NCBI GenBank assembly: GCA_051362555.1 | Contig: CM120647.1 | Span: 2,480,001 to 2,544,000 of the forward strand | Direction: 5' to 3' | DNA from: Lingula anatina | Taxonomy: Eukaryota > Animalia > Brachiopoda | Length of the DNA: 64,000 bases | Shown here: piece by piece, positions 12,156 to 39,277 of the stretch | How the letters are laid out: each line of letters starts with the position of its first letter | Numbering within the stretch: position 1 is the first letter of the stretch | Notes under the pieces: generated by a model | Told to the model about the DNA's origin: nothing | The model's database searches: none | Seen by the model: the letters and a program-made list of their open reading frames with translations, nothing else | Made by a program: the position numbers and the translations under genes

Positions 12156-13547
12156 ACAATTAAAACCAACGAGGTGACCGTGTCTGAAAGTCATCTCGAC
12201 CTGAACCCACTTTAACAATATGTCTTATTACGAACTGAACTTTTAACGTGTTCTGTAGCAAGAGAATATCTTGTATGATTGGATTTGTAGTTGGTCGGTC
12301 GTGTTCTGACTGCCTGAATGTTTAAGAATGCATCTGTTTGATTAACTGGCTCGACAATTAATTCAAGAGGTATTCTATGAACAACATTCATGTTAGTGTA
12401 CATTGACATGGTGCTGTATAAGTAGCATCTCGTCAAATGCCAAGTAAACCAATGCGTCAGAGTGAGACACTGGACATTGGAAGCAGTAAACACCATCGAT
12501 ATGAATGTGGAACTGTCAAGTGAGTAAATCTGATATATATCTTAGATATTCGACTCACCTACCACCCGTCTTGTGGAGGTGATGGTATGCTGTTACTATA
12601 TATATAGTGTCAGTTATGTTGTCCCTAGATACATGTATAAACTCTCTGCGTCTTCCCTCACTTAGCTGTTACAGGCCAACTTCCTGTTGTTTCATTTCAT
12701 GAAAAGACATTATTAGTGCGCAAAATGGCAGATATATGGATAGTCAGTTGTTCTTGTTATAAACATTAAAATAGCCAAAGGATGTTCTTCACGCACCCAT
12801 CATATGTAGTGATTATTTTATTTCCCATTTTTATATCAGTATGAATCATATACATGACAGATGATGCGATTCGGGTCTTCAGTCACATAGTATAGTGTCA
12901 CAATTATAATTGTGTCGTCCACATTGCCCTCTCACCACTCTTCTCTATCTCTGCAGGCCAGTCCTACCCTCTAACAGGGGGAGAGAGTCATTTAGGCGCT
13001 TACAGTAAGAAACACAGTGTACAAAAGTGCCATTAATTAACCATTGACATACATGCATCTGTAAATATCTAGAGAAAAATCAATATGTGACCCTGATGGA
13101 GGGTAGACCAGTCCTGGAACAGACGATTTAGAATTTTTAAATCAGTGCAGACTTTAGCAGGACACGTTAAAGGCCACTTTTAAAAGCGGAACCCCAATGC
13201 TACGGACCCGCGCAATTCACAAGTAACACTCACAAATCGCAATCTGCAGGCTGTCACCGTGTGACTGAACTGTCAAATGAGCTAACAGTTTTACAGTAAA
13301 CTGGATTTTGGGTCTTCGCGGACGATAAAGAAAAAACATTACTTGATTTGTTGTTTAAAATCGGTTTTAAGGGAAAAAAAGAGGCAAAATGCACATGAGT
13401 GTGCTCTGCCAGAACTCGGATTTGACGGTGTATCTCAGACTGCAGGGCAGCCGAAAGCGCGAGACGATGAATGCCTTTGACGATGAGGCGTGTTATTGGG
13501 CTTGCCTTGTGTAAAAAGTAAAAGTTTGAATTTGAAATGCTATCTTA

Positions 13548-14224
13548 TGCCCCTATTTCACACAGACCACGAATCCCACGAATGGCCATGAATTGACAAA
13601 TTTCACGATTCGTGGTTGAATCGTAATCAGTTCGTGAAGTTCTTAACAGATTCGTATATATTCGTAGTCAGTTCTTGCACTTCTTGACCAACAGGAATGG
13701 GTGGCAAAAACTTTGATGCCCCTATTTCACACAGACCACGAATCCCACGATCGCCAGGAATTGAAAATTTGGTTGAATCGTAATCAGTTCGTGAAGTTCT
13801 TAACAGATTCGTATATAATCGTAGTAAGTTCTTGCAATTCTTGATCAATCGGGAATTCGTGGCAAAAATTTTGAGCTGTTCATAGTTTTGGCCACGAACT
13901 CCCGATTCGAAAAAATCGTAGTGAATTTCTGGACAATATTCATGCGATTCCAGGCGAATCCCACGAATATTCGTAACACTATTGCACCTGTATCGTAACT
14001 GAATCGTAGAGCGTGTCGAATTAGACCAGAAAATTGGCAAAATCTCACGATTCCAGCCGAATCCCACGAATATTCGTAACACTATCGTACCTGTATCGTA
14101 AGTGAATCGTGAGCGTGTCGAATAAGACCAGAAAATTGGCAAAATCTCACGAATCCTCACGAATCCTAGAATTTGTCAATTCCTGGCGATTCGTGGGATT
14201 CGTGGTCTGTGTGAAATAGGGGCC
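13548..14224. mobile_element. PIF/Harbinger-like MITE with TTA target-site duplication and an internal second copy of the left end
   Basis: TIR (t/g)gcccctatttcacacagaccacgaatcccacgaat at both ends. TTA at 13545-13547 and 14225-14227. The left end is repeated at ~13717. Confidence 0.88.
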
Positions 14225-16341
14225 TTATATAAGATCCATTATTTCAACTTCTTTTTTATATATTTTAATAATTGGAGGATTTAAACGTAGTGATTAATTG
14301 AAAATTACAAAAATGAACATGTTGGGGTACTCGTATAAATGTCAGGTTGCCATTTACGTTTTGGTTATCAATTAGTTCTACACCATCCACCGCTGAATTA
14401 CTGTCCTGGTTGACCCATGACCTGCAGGTAAGGCTGGCCTCGGCCTCTGTTCTCTGTAGGCTCTGGATAAGGGTGGATTTGACCATTAATTCACGTTCTT
14501 TTAGTTATACCATGATGTTAAAAACACAAATGACTTTCGTCGTATCAAAAAATGAGAGACTGTAGTCACGATAGTCACGGTGGTTTGTACTGAAACACGT
14601 GGCAATCAGTTTGGTTTAGAGCCATCTTAAAACGCGTTTAATATATATTTTTCTATTGAAACTAATCGAAACAAAAGATGGGCAATCGTTCAAACGCACA
14701 GTACTTGAAACATAGATTGCTTATATATACCACCGCCTTCACTTTGAATGTAACTGCTATACAACCCCCAGACTTGCTCTCAAACACAACAGTGGAAATA
14801 GAACAACAACAACTCTTTTTTTAAAACTAATTTGTATCTATTTTACTCAGCAAATTCATATATTGAAATGTCCTTTATTATTTGGATTTATTCAAAACAT
14901 TGCCAACAAACATATAATAGCAGTAGTTTTGTTCTCATAAATAAAAAATTAACATGGACCTCAGCGATATTTTTTGCAGTGACAAGTTGATAAAAACACC
15001 GAGTCAGTACATGTCAAGTACATAAAACATGGTTTAAGCTGAAAATAGTCACAAAATTGCATATTTTCTCGCATTTAATGTCCATAGCCCTTACAAACTG
15101 CGAGTATAGTTTGTATCGGCAAATCAAATCAATTTCTTCTTCATACTCAGTTCACATCAGTCCACTGTGATGATCTATGGCCAGCAGTGTTAATGTTGAT
15201 TTATCAACATGTACATTTGAACAGTGAGGATATGAACACTGATTTCCACAGTGTGGGTGTGACGTGACACGCAGTATCCTGGTTGGTATATTGTGTTTCC
15301 ATAACAAGTCCAAGCTGTCCGGTGACTGCATCATGGTATATTGTGTTTCCATAACAATGGTCATCTGACTAGCGACATGTTTTGAAGATCTCCCTATGTG
15401 TGACTTTGAACAGACCAACGACTAAGACAGGTACAGGGGGGTATGTCCATTCGGGCTATTGATACTGCCACCTGTATGAGTAGCCGTGTCAGACAGTCCC
15501 CCCATGATAGAGAGTCCGGTTCCTATAACTTTGCACTGTAAGCCTGGCCTAAGATTTTGACCCACTTAGGTTATGCTAACCCTAACCTGTATAGTAAAAT
15601 GGAGGGTGGCCTCTCTGTTACACGGACCCTCAGGTTCCTCACATAAGAGCTTGTTACATGTAGCCCAGTTAGACAATTTTGGTCGGTTCTAGAACAAGCG
15701 CCAAAAGCTTAGCTACATATGCAACGTCATAATTTTACAAATATAATGCCAGATGGCTCACAGCTTGACAAAAAACCTGTTTTATATACCTGTAAGTGAT
15801 ATTCATATTGTTCAAGATATGAACCTACTGTAACTGAGACGTAATTGGGCCCCGTTCAATCGGTGGGAATAAACGCTTTCTGTCACCATAAAGAAAGCCT
15901 TGTTGGATCTGAGGGAACGTGTTTGAACACGCCCCCCTTACTTGCTACAGTCACCACTTTGTTGAGCGCGGCACCTAAGGGGGGGATGATTTTTTGAATA
16001 GTAAACTAATGACGAGATTTTACGATAACATGTACGGCACATGTCGCTCGTTAAACTGCTTTGCACTTTCTTTGAAAGTGGTGAAGGAGGAAGGGGTTTA
16101 TATTTACAGCTAAGAGAAGAGTGCGTCCCCGCCGTGTCCTCCCTGGACCCCCATTGTAAGTTTAGATGAATATTTACGACTACTATTTGACTCCTTAAGG
16201 TCTGTGCTGGGTTGGAGTAAACGAGAACTAAGGCTTTAGACCAACTGCCATTTTTTTTTGCCTGGGTCCTGCTATCATGCAAGCAACTGTTTTTAAATGC
16301 ACAAAATCGCACAGCTATAGTAAAAAACTCAATGATTCGTC

Positions 16342-16366
16342 CTCTCTCTCTCTCTCTCTCTCTCTC
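16342..16366. repeat. (CT)n microsatellite
   Basis: ctctctct run. Confidence 0.85.
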
Positions 16367-17095
16367 GCATCCCACTCGTTGAGTTGTTGTTAATATAAAA
16401 CACCCACACCTCAGACACCAGTAACAAACTAAAGTATAAAAGAAAGAATAATGAAAAGGAAAAAATGACAATTAGAAAATTAACATCTGTAATTAAATGG
16501 ATCTGTATAGCTTGAGTTAATGGATTTAGGAAATGTTCCTACCTTTTTGTTGATGTCCTGCAGCTGGGCACTGATATGTATTTTTCTTTGATTATGGCGA
16601 GATTGAATATAGACATACATGTATCAATACAGAACGAAACAACACATGCAAACTTACTGAAACGATCTGGTGTTAATTGAAGAGAGTTTTATCACAATCA
16701 ATACAAACTTTTACAGTTTCGTTAAACTAGTTTTGAGTTTACTGTCGGCTGTGTAGTACGTGTTGCACTGTCCACTCTCTGCCCCCTATCCATTGACGAT
16801 TGATGGCAACGGAGATTAGCTACTTACCTGATCTTACCTACAGTAGGAACGACCGTCTACTGGTAGGTGAAGTTGAAGATGAAGTTCATGCTAAACCCAG
16901 ACCACGTCAGTGTGACCTGCTCTGTTTTCGGCACCAGTGGATTTCGATTTTGGTTTACCTCCTACATGTAGGATGAGCTTACCTGATACATGCCGCCTGG
17001 CTCAAGTTGCGAAGTGTCGATTTCATTTGCAATATGTAAACACACCTTAGCCCACCCACCAAACTGGTGCGATGGCAACTCACAGTAACCCTTAC

Positions 17096-30924
<13,829 letters not shown>

Positions 30925-31706
30925 CTGTAATAGGTAAACATTGACGATCATGCCAAACAGCATTATGTCACACGGCAGGCATACAGAATATACAACATAC
31001 CCTCTCCCGTGTGTCACAGCTTCATGAAGTCTGCACAGTGTGGATGGAGCATGGAACCCTGACGCCAATATGGCAGCAATGCTGTGTTAAGCATACCCCG
31101 TGCCTCACATTATGGATTCTTTGCAAACTATTTCTTGGCAGCAGGGAAGAGTTATGGGGCAAACATTACCCATCCCCAGTCCCAATATTGTGCTTCAACG
31201 GTCATCTAAGGCGGAGCTGTCAATAGAACTCATCTGCTGGGATATATCAGTGTGACTCAACTACTCAACGAAGAGGGCATAATACCACACACAGACGTAA
31301 AAAATGATTTCAAAGAAACCCAATAAATGCTGTCCTGGCAAGTTAAAGGGGGAACGTTTAGAACATAATAATTTAATTCAGCAACGTTCACCTAAAAATA
31401 GGGAAAAGTCAACCAAAACCAAAAATATACAATATTCCTTTGACACAAAAATATTTCTAACGAGACAAAATATTCGGCGATAAATGTACTTGTGTAAGAT
31501 AAATTGCTTACCACAGACTGTGGGTGAAAATTGTTTTATTATTGACCAAAGTGATGTACATGTATGTTCACCCCCTTTATTGATCGGTGAGTTGAAGCCT
31601 GGCCTGCACATGGCCGCCTTGTCGTAGAGTATATGCAGGTCAGTAAAAAGCGCCATCTGCAGGGCTAATCTCAGGGAGTCTAAGTTAAGTCCTTGGCGTT
31701 TTAAAG

Positions 31707-33378
31707 AAACTACAATTAAGATAATTAATTGTATTTATGTAGGAAATGGTTTGTTTTTAGTGGTGGTAATAGCTTTGTTGGTAATCCATCTACGCTTTGT
31801 TTATAGGAAGTAGTCTGGGTTTAGGTCTTGTGTCTGCACATTTTGATCTTAAGTAGTTGACCAAGGCAAGGTGATAACAGATGTCCAGGGTCAAATTGTC
31901 TTAGCTGCTGTGTATCTAGGCACACAGTTAATTTTATATGAGTTTTAGGAAACTACTTCTTGCGAGCTGCATTAGCGAGAAGTCATTCAGCCTTTTAGCT
32001 GCGATGATATGTACACGCAATTTCAGCAGCTTCACAGTATTATAATTTCTTGCGTTTCTTTATTTTAATTTTACATTGGTTACCAGCCATCTACTTTTGT
32101 GATTTCAAGATTTGGGGATGGCCAGTTTCTTGATACTTGGTGACTGTATTTTCTTCGGATATTATTCTGTTTTTCCAAGCCACCAGTTTTGTTATCAAGT
32201 TTCGGCGACGGCTGTTTCCTTTTATTTGGGAGACTTCAACTTCAAGTTCTTGGATCATACACAGGCCAGTAATTTTATATTATCTTCATTTCCCCCTTAT
32301 TCACGTGTTCTAATAATCAGATTTATAGTCTGTCATGTGCTGCAGTTGTTAATTAATTTGTTTAGATGTCACTTTATCGTGTTATTCTTCAAAATTTTGT
32401 TTTCCTCTTTGTGTGTAGCTATTTTATTCATATTGATATTTTTACCGGGCCAGGAATTCCGCTGTTTTTACATTTTCGGCTGTCGTTGACATGCCGTAAT
32501 CTGTACGTTTCTGTCTTCATATTGTTTCCGTGTCCGCATTACCAGGTGCCGTGTTTTTATGGGTTTCTGGTCGACTAGGCTACATGCATTTTTGGAGTTG
32601 TTATGCTCTTTGTTTTGGGTGTACTTCCCCGTTGTTTACTTGTTCTGGGTGTATTTCCCAGTGGCGGGGATGTGAGCTTCTCTCACATCTTATGGCCTTT
32701 TTTATTTTTATTTGTGCCAACTTTTTGCTCCTTAAGCTGTTGTTATTACTTATAATTTTCTTCATTAATTTGGTTACACTTATTACACTTTATTAATTTT
32801 ATATTATGGCACTTATATAGTTGGGGAGATGTTATATTATCTCCCCAGTTTTGTAACTACGTATTTTATTAGCTTCGTCATTAATAAATGACAATTATCA
32901 ATCATATGGACTTTTCTTATTTACTTTGGAGCAAAAACAGAGCTTCGTTGTGCTTGTTAACATTTGGCTACATAAAACTACAATTAAGATAATTAATTGT
33001 ATTTATGTAGGAAATGGTTTGTTTTTAGTGGTGGTAATAGCTTTGTTGGTAATCCATCTACGCTTTGTTTATAGGAAGTAGTCTGGGTTTAGGTCTTGTG
33101 TCTGCACATTTTGATCTTAAGTAGTTGACCAAGGCAAGGTGATAACAGATGTCCAGGGTCAAATTGTCTTAGCTGCTGTGTATCTAGGCACACAGTTAAT
33201 TTTATATGAGTTTTAGGAAACTACTTCTTGCGAGCTGCATTAGCGAGAAGTCATTCAGCCTTTTAGCTGCGATGATATGTACACGCAATTTCAGCAGCTT
33301 CACAGTATTATAATTTCTTGCGTTTCTTTATTTTAATTTTACACCCTCCGCCATCCCCTGTCACCTGCCTTGTGTTGT

Positions 33379-33422
<44 letters not shown>

Positions 33423-33782
33423 TTTGCATTTGTTGAAGCCTTTGATTTTCATTTATGCCAGCCTTTGGCTCTTACAGCTGTTGTTATTTCTTATAATTTG
33501 GCCTTTTTTATTTTTATTTGTGCCAACTTTTTGCTCCTTAAGCTGTTGTTATTACTTATAATTTTCTTCATTAATTTGGTTACACTTATTACACTTTATT
33601 AATTTTATATTATGGCACTTATATAGTTGGGGAGATGTTATATTATCTCCCCAGTTTTGTAACTACGTATTTTATTAGCTTCGTCATTAATAAATGACAA
33701 TTATCAATCATATGGACTTTTCTTATTTACTTTGGAGCAAAAACAGAGCTTCGTTGTGCTTGTTAACATTTGGCTACATAAA
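31707..33782 (-). mobile_element. Head-to-tail dimer of a non-autonomous Helentron/HINE-like element (copies 31707-32974 and 32975-33782) with conserved ends and different interiors
   Basis: Block A (~370 bp) at 31707 and 32975; block B (~285 bp) at 32693 and 33499. On the minus strand the 5' end is tttatgtagccaaatg and the 3' end is catttcctacataaa (subterminal IR), then hairpin tacaattaa-ttatc-ttaattgta, then gttt. No TSD seen. Confidence 0.65.
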
Positions 33783-36700
33783 TACATTTCTGTAGAGACG
33801 GAAGTGGATTTTACTCACAGCGTCAACTGATTACCAGACAGCATTAAGATCAAAACGAATAAACAGCTCTTCTAGAGGTTGAGGAGTGTGATATCGCCGA
33901 GAAACTATAGAGGACTGGGCACATTTTTTTAGACTTTTCTTCCAATGTTTGCCAACATTCCCCAAATCTATTCCATCACTGCACAGGTTAGCTTACTCTT
34001 CCTGTTTCCACCTTAATAATTTACATAAACATGATGACTGATTAACAATACAACAGTCAGTCACATAGGAGTGTAAGATTAGCCTTATCTACCGCTCTGT
34101 ACTACTCTGTACTTAGCATAAAACACCAGATCAAATGTCTATTTCCCATCGTTTTGTTGTCCAATGCCCATTTTTAAACGTGGCTTGCATAGCATAACTG
34201 ACATTTCTAAACGTTTATAAATTAGTTTTTTTTTTGTTTATCTCAGAAAAACCTCAATTAATTAATGGAATTAAGAATTAAGAACATTTGTCCGTCTCAC
34301 AGTTCCACATATATACCAAATAACAGAATGCCTTCTCTAAGCATCTTGATGTACAGAATATTATAAGTCTAGATCTTAACACATGGGTAGGAAGTGTGAA
34401 GAAATAATTCAATTTCTTACTGCCTTGTTTTGTGAGTAAAAACGTACTATTAATTGGCGTCTGACCTGATTCCCTGTTTGACTTGTTACTGTAGAAACAA
34501 AGATAGCTGGCTTGCACGACGTTTAACTTGAGAGAATCCCCGCCACGTTATTATCCAAACATTAAAATGATTAAAATGATTATCTCGCCCTTTGTTGTGA
34601 ATAGACATACCTTTGAAGATCACCAAACACATCAGGATCTGCCAGACGAAGTCTAGTCTTAGACCCATGGCGAATCCTGCTCTCAGCTCGTCTACTAGTC
34701 AATGTCAGCCAACGCGATCACAAGGGTCCAGTTCTACGCGCCCCTGACCTCCGCTACTCCCAGTACTTACACCCGAGACTCTGATTAATTAGACGATAAC
34801 AAAACCCTTTATGACAACACGGACATTTGAAATCGATAAGTGCAATAGAGCATATGTTTGTAGTCGATATTTACTGGTAGCATTCATAAATATCCCTACC
34901 TAAGACGCACTCTAATTAGGGACCACAACTCTTTTGTTCACTTTCTTTCTCGGTAATTTCAAATGATCATACTACATGATTCAAACAACTCTGAAGGGAA
35001 ATAAATAAGTATGGTCACCTGCTTCTGTTGTTTAATAATTGAACCTCTGGTCTTATTGGACATATTTCTTCGTTACGCCCTGCAGCAGGATCAATTCCAG
35101 CTCAAATGAACGTCGTTATTGACAGCCTAAATTTAGCAATAACCCGCTGTTCAAAGTTTATCCAAACATCGAAGTTCACCTCTTAGTTTGCCTACATTTT
35201 TTCGCCATTGTTTTCAGAATCAGGGAGAGCACAATATCAAAATAATAAAAGTGAATTAAACTAAGTTTAAAGCAGCCTTACTATTGCTTTATTTCCTAAA
35301 ACCGCCAAATGTGGGAGGAAAGGAGAACAACATCGGGTAAAACCATTATCACGATCACCGCAAGTCCACCGAGCAATACCCGTACAGGAACTGTGCACTG
35401 CCATCTTCCATAATGCTACCTCCTACGAGCTTACGATTTTCCAAAGGTGTCAAAAGTTTTAGCTTGACAAAATCATAGAGGCTTCGGAGGCCGTGAATCC
35501 ACCGTCTGCCTCCGCTCAGACGCTGCACGAAATGAATTTTACAGACAGTATACGAGCACCCAATGGCAAATATAGTCAATATCATCTAGGCTTATGTAGC
35601 CCGCTTATCCTGCGACACACCACTAACTTAATATATAGTAACTGAATATCTTCCTTCACTACCGGCAGTTGCTTCATTTTAGTGACATACCACGGACTTA
35701 TTCTGGATCAGAATGGGGTTCTGCGGTGTAAAAGACAGACAGACAGACAGATAGAAAGATAATAGATAATTTATATATTCTGATATTCAGAATTGTGAGC
35801 AGAAACACAAGAAATAAAGAAAACATTTTTCTTATTCACAATATCAACAAGTCAAGCTGTCAGAATGGAATTGGAGATATAAACATATTTGCATATATCG
35901 CTAGTGTATTTGTTTACCCAAAAGCTGAAACTGATCTGAACTCCAAGTTATTGAATTTTTCTCTTAAGTCCACTGTGAGCGGACAGTCACACGGAACACG
36001 TTCCACAACTTGTGTGCTCCCGCATGTGCACTTACAATTGTCATACTTGACCCTTGACCAGCGCCCTAACAACATAAGGCCATGAGATGACAAACGGAAT
36101 GTGATACAATAAAATCATGCTTACATTTAACCAGAGCTTATAAACAGTGGACACGCCATCATTGTAACTATTATGTAATCGGGATCGATATCCTGAATGT
36201 GGCAGATCATGTGGAATAAACAGATCGTGTTGATAATCTGGTTTGTTCAATGCAGTTATATGGTGTCCGAAATTTGGCCGGTAGCGGCCTCTTTTATTGA
36301 AAGGTTCCTCTAGTAGAAGAATAGTGTTAGTTATCATGTAGCATTTGATAGTGTTGGATTAATTAAAAGATTACATAAACTTATTCGTTTAATCATCATG
36401 ACAAGTTGCTACCAAATTTATGGAGAAGCGACTTGATGTGACGCTCTTATCTATATGAAATACAAAAATCTACGTACGATTTGGCAAATCTTAATCAAGT
36501 AATCGGGAACGTTATAAAGTGGTGACTATTAAATTTGCTATCATATACAGGAAAAGAGTAACTTCAAAACTTAAAAAGAACTTAATCTAATGGAAAATGC
36601 ATTCATTTTCAGTCAAATCTACGACTGGACAAAGTTTTAATATGTGATGGAAAATGCTGAGTCTCTTCTTTCGTAACACAGAATTGTAAAACAAAGTCAC

Positions 36701-37753
36701 TGGAGTTGTAAAAGATTCATTTCAAATAATTCTGCGGCTGACCAATATACTAGCCTACTGGTCACGTGTCGCGAGGTAAAAGGGGACGAAGTTCAATACT
36801 GAAATCCGATGGAAGTTGCTGCTAATTGATTCCCACATTTGTTACAGTGTCCGATCCACTGGTCTTGATCACAATTCCATCATATCTCAGTCTAGGTTAT
36901 CTAGCCAAAGAGATGTTACAGATTGGCATTGTTATACAATGGCAAATTAATTTTTAAGGGGCTTGTTTACAATATATTCAAAGTAGTTAAAATTTAGTGG
37001 CACGGGTTTTGTTTCTTAACAGTATCTGTGCAGTTATCTAATCGTGAAGTTGACCGCTGAATCCTGTTCTTGTCACAGTATATTACATTGGGTAAACCTC
37101 ATTTTCGATCTCTCTGAGGCTTGTACAAATATCTCCTGACTCAGGATTTCACTATAGTTATAGCAACAAGACTCGCATCAAGTGCTGCTTTCAGTTTTCG
37201 TGGAATCTCTGAATTCTTGGACCTGTCAAAAAGTCAATAAAAAGTGTATAAGTATACTAAATTTAATATGTAAAATGTCTGGTTAAAGACACATGTCAAC
37301 AAAAACATAATACATTAATGGAATCCAAATGTTAATTAACATAATTTTGGTGAATGATTTCGAATGTCGATGATACGTATTAAGCTCTGAGTCCGACATA
37401 GCTCTGGAATAGTTCACATTCATAGTCTCAGGCCGTCAATGACGGGTAGGGCGGGGGCGTGGTGGAAGCCAGGCTTGGGGCAGAGATGAAATCTAAGACG
37501 GGGCTGGGTGTGGGGGCGTGGTAGAGGTGTGGGCACAGTAAGCCATATCTCCTTGGCTTGTGAGATATTCCCTTTCTCTGTAATAAAGTCAAAAAAGTAA
37601 AACTGGACAAATGTAGTTTTTATATCTTTATCGCTTCCAAAACAATGTAAAAAATGCATCTATTATTTTAGATATTCATCATTTAATTGTGGATATACTA
37701 CCCACCCTCTTACCGCCCACTTTCGACAGTAGGTTTTCTCACCCACTCTCTTA

Positions 37754-38942
37754 GGGCCCCTTTACACTGGACGGCGTCCTTTCTGCGTCCCTTCTGCGTT
37801 CAAAAATGTGGTCAGGACGCTCAACGGTCGCCAAAGCAATTAAATCGTGTCTCAGTGTAAAGGCGTCTGCGTCCCTTGTGCGTCCTTTGAACGACCGAAT
37901 CTTGATTTTACCTGTAAAACTGCGAGCAACCTGCCTGCCTCCACTGTACGTCCCCTGTGCAACCCAAGGCATCCATTGAGATGTTTGAGCTACCATTGAG
38001 CATTCTTGCTGCGTTCTCTGTACCTTCATCGGCGGTCAGTGGCGTCTATTCTACGATCATTCTGCATCCTGCTTGACCGATGAGCGTTGTTTGGGCGTCC
38101 TTCTCTATATTCTAACTCATATTTTTTCATCGGTTCTAACCAGGTCATCCAATAAAGAACATTTACAGCACACAAAACAAATAAATGGGAATAAACGCTT
38201 TAAACTATAGTGATGCAAGGTCTGCATGGACTGATAATCAGCCAGATGCTCATTGTTTTCCTTATAAGAAGGATGGACAGGCGCCGAAAACGAGAAAGTA
38301 TGACTGACACAACATAGAATGTTTGAATCCGTTTTCAAATGAAGCATTCAGCAAAAAGTTCTGACAATTAATGCATCTTGTAAAAAAGGCAAAATATTCG
38401 TTTTATAATAACCTCAAAAAAAAAAAAAATGGATCGTTTCATGAATTTTAGGGGAAAAAACAATCGGAGACTGATATGAGACCACTGTTGCCCTTAGAAT
38501 TCCTGTCTGGTGAAAAATACCTCATCACGGCCCCGTTTGAGAGTGAAAAAAAATAACGTTCTACGTGTCGAACACTGGACGATCTTTGAGTTTTCATTCT
38601 GCAACCAAAGTGATGCTTGTGCCTCCTTTCTACGACCGCGGCGATGCTTGTGCGTCCTCTCTGCGACCGCGGCGGTGCTTGTGCGTTCTCTCTGCGACCA
38701 CGGCGATGCTTGTGCGTCCTTTCTGCGTCCATTGAGCGACCATCCTCCATCGCGTTCTCTCTGCGATTGTTTTGAACATGCTCAAAACTTCGCGGCGTCC
38801 ATGGCGTCCTCGGCGATGCTTGAACGTTCTTTGTGCGACCTTGGCGATCACTGTGCGTTCTTTGAGCGTCCGACGGCGTCCTGGACAGTTTCATGGTCGC
38901 ACAAAGGACGCAGAAAGGACGCCGTCCAGTGTAAAGGGGGTT
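37754..38942. mobile_element. PIF/Harbinger-like non-autonomous element (~1.19 kb), TTA TSD
   Basis: TIR cccctttacactggacggcgtcctttctgcgtcc at both ends; TTA at 37751-37753 and 38943-38945. Confidence 0.88.
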
Positions 38943-38956
38943 TTACCACCCACTAA

Positions 38957-39179
38957 TACCCCCTTTACACTGGACGGCGTCCTTTCTGCGTCCTTTCTGC
39001 GACCATGACATTTGGCATCGCTGTGGTCTTAATAAGGAGGCACGAGCATTGATTTTGTATCAGAATAAATGCTCAATGATCGGCCAGTTGTCGGCACGTA
39101 AAGTATTATCATTTTTTAACTCTCAAATGGGGCCGTACTGCTGGACGCAGAAAGGACACCGTCCAGTGTAAAGGGGGCT
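38957..39179. mobile_element. Short (223-bp) member of the same Harbinger-like family, TAA TSD
   Basis: Same TIR; TAA at 38954-38956 and 39180-39182. Confidence 0.88.
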
Positions 39180-39277
39180 TAACGGAAGTTCATATACTAT
39201 CCATCCTCTTACCACCTACTAAGAACAGTGGCTGTACTACCTACCCTTTTTACCACCCACTAATGGCCATGGATACA

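Noticed and set aside
10856-12159. Minus-strand ORFs 10856-11041, 11038-11403 and 11746-12159
   Set aside because: They are antisense shadows of the plus-strand Cys/EF-hand gene, which has coherent splice sites and motifs.
13627-14160. 177-aa ORF as a transposase (similarly ORFs 37751-39008)
   Set aside because: Low-complexity translation of MITE subterminal repeats with no DDE motifs.
16820-16960. Candidate terminal exon of the mosaic gene (GGKPKSKSTGAENRAGHTDVVWV*)
   Set aside because: Weak acceptor and no recognisable motif; it cannot be supported without transcripts.
33834-33871. Hydrophobic segment KSCLFVLILMLS|gtaatc (minus) as the signal-peptide exon of the mosaic gene
   Set aside because: The phase fits, but no upstream ATG exon was identified and the splice signals are weak.
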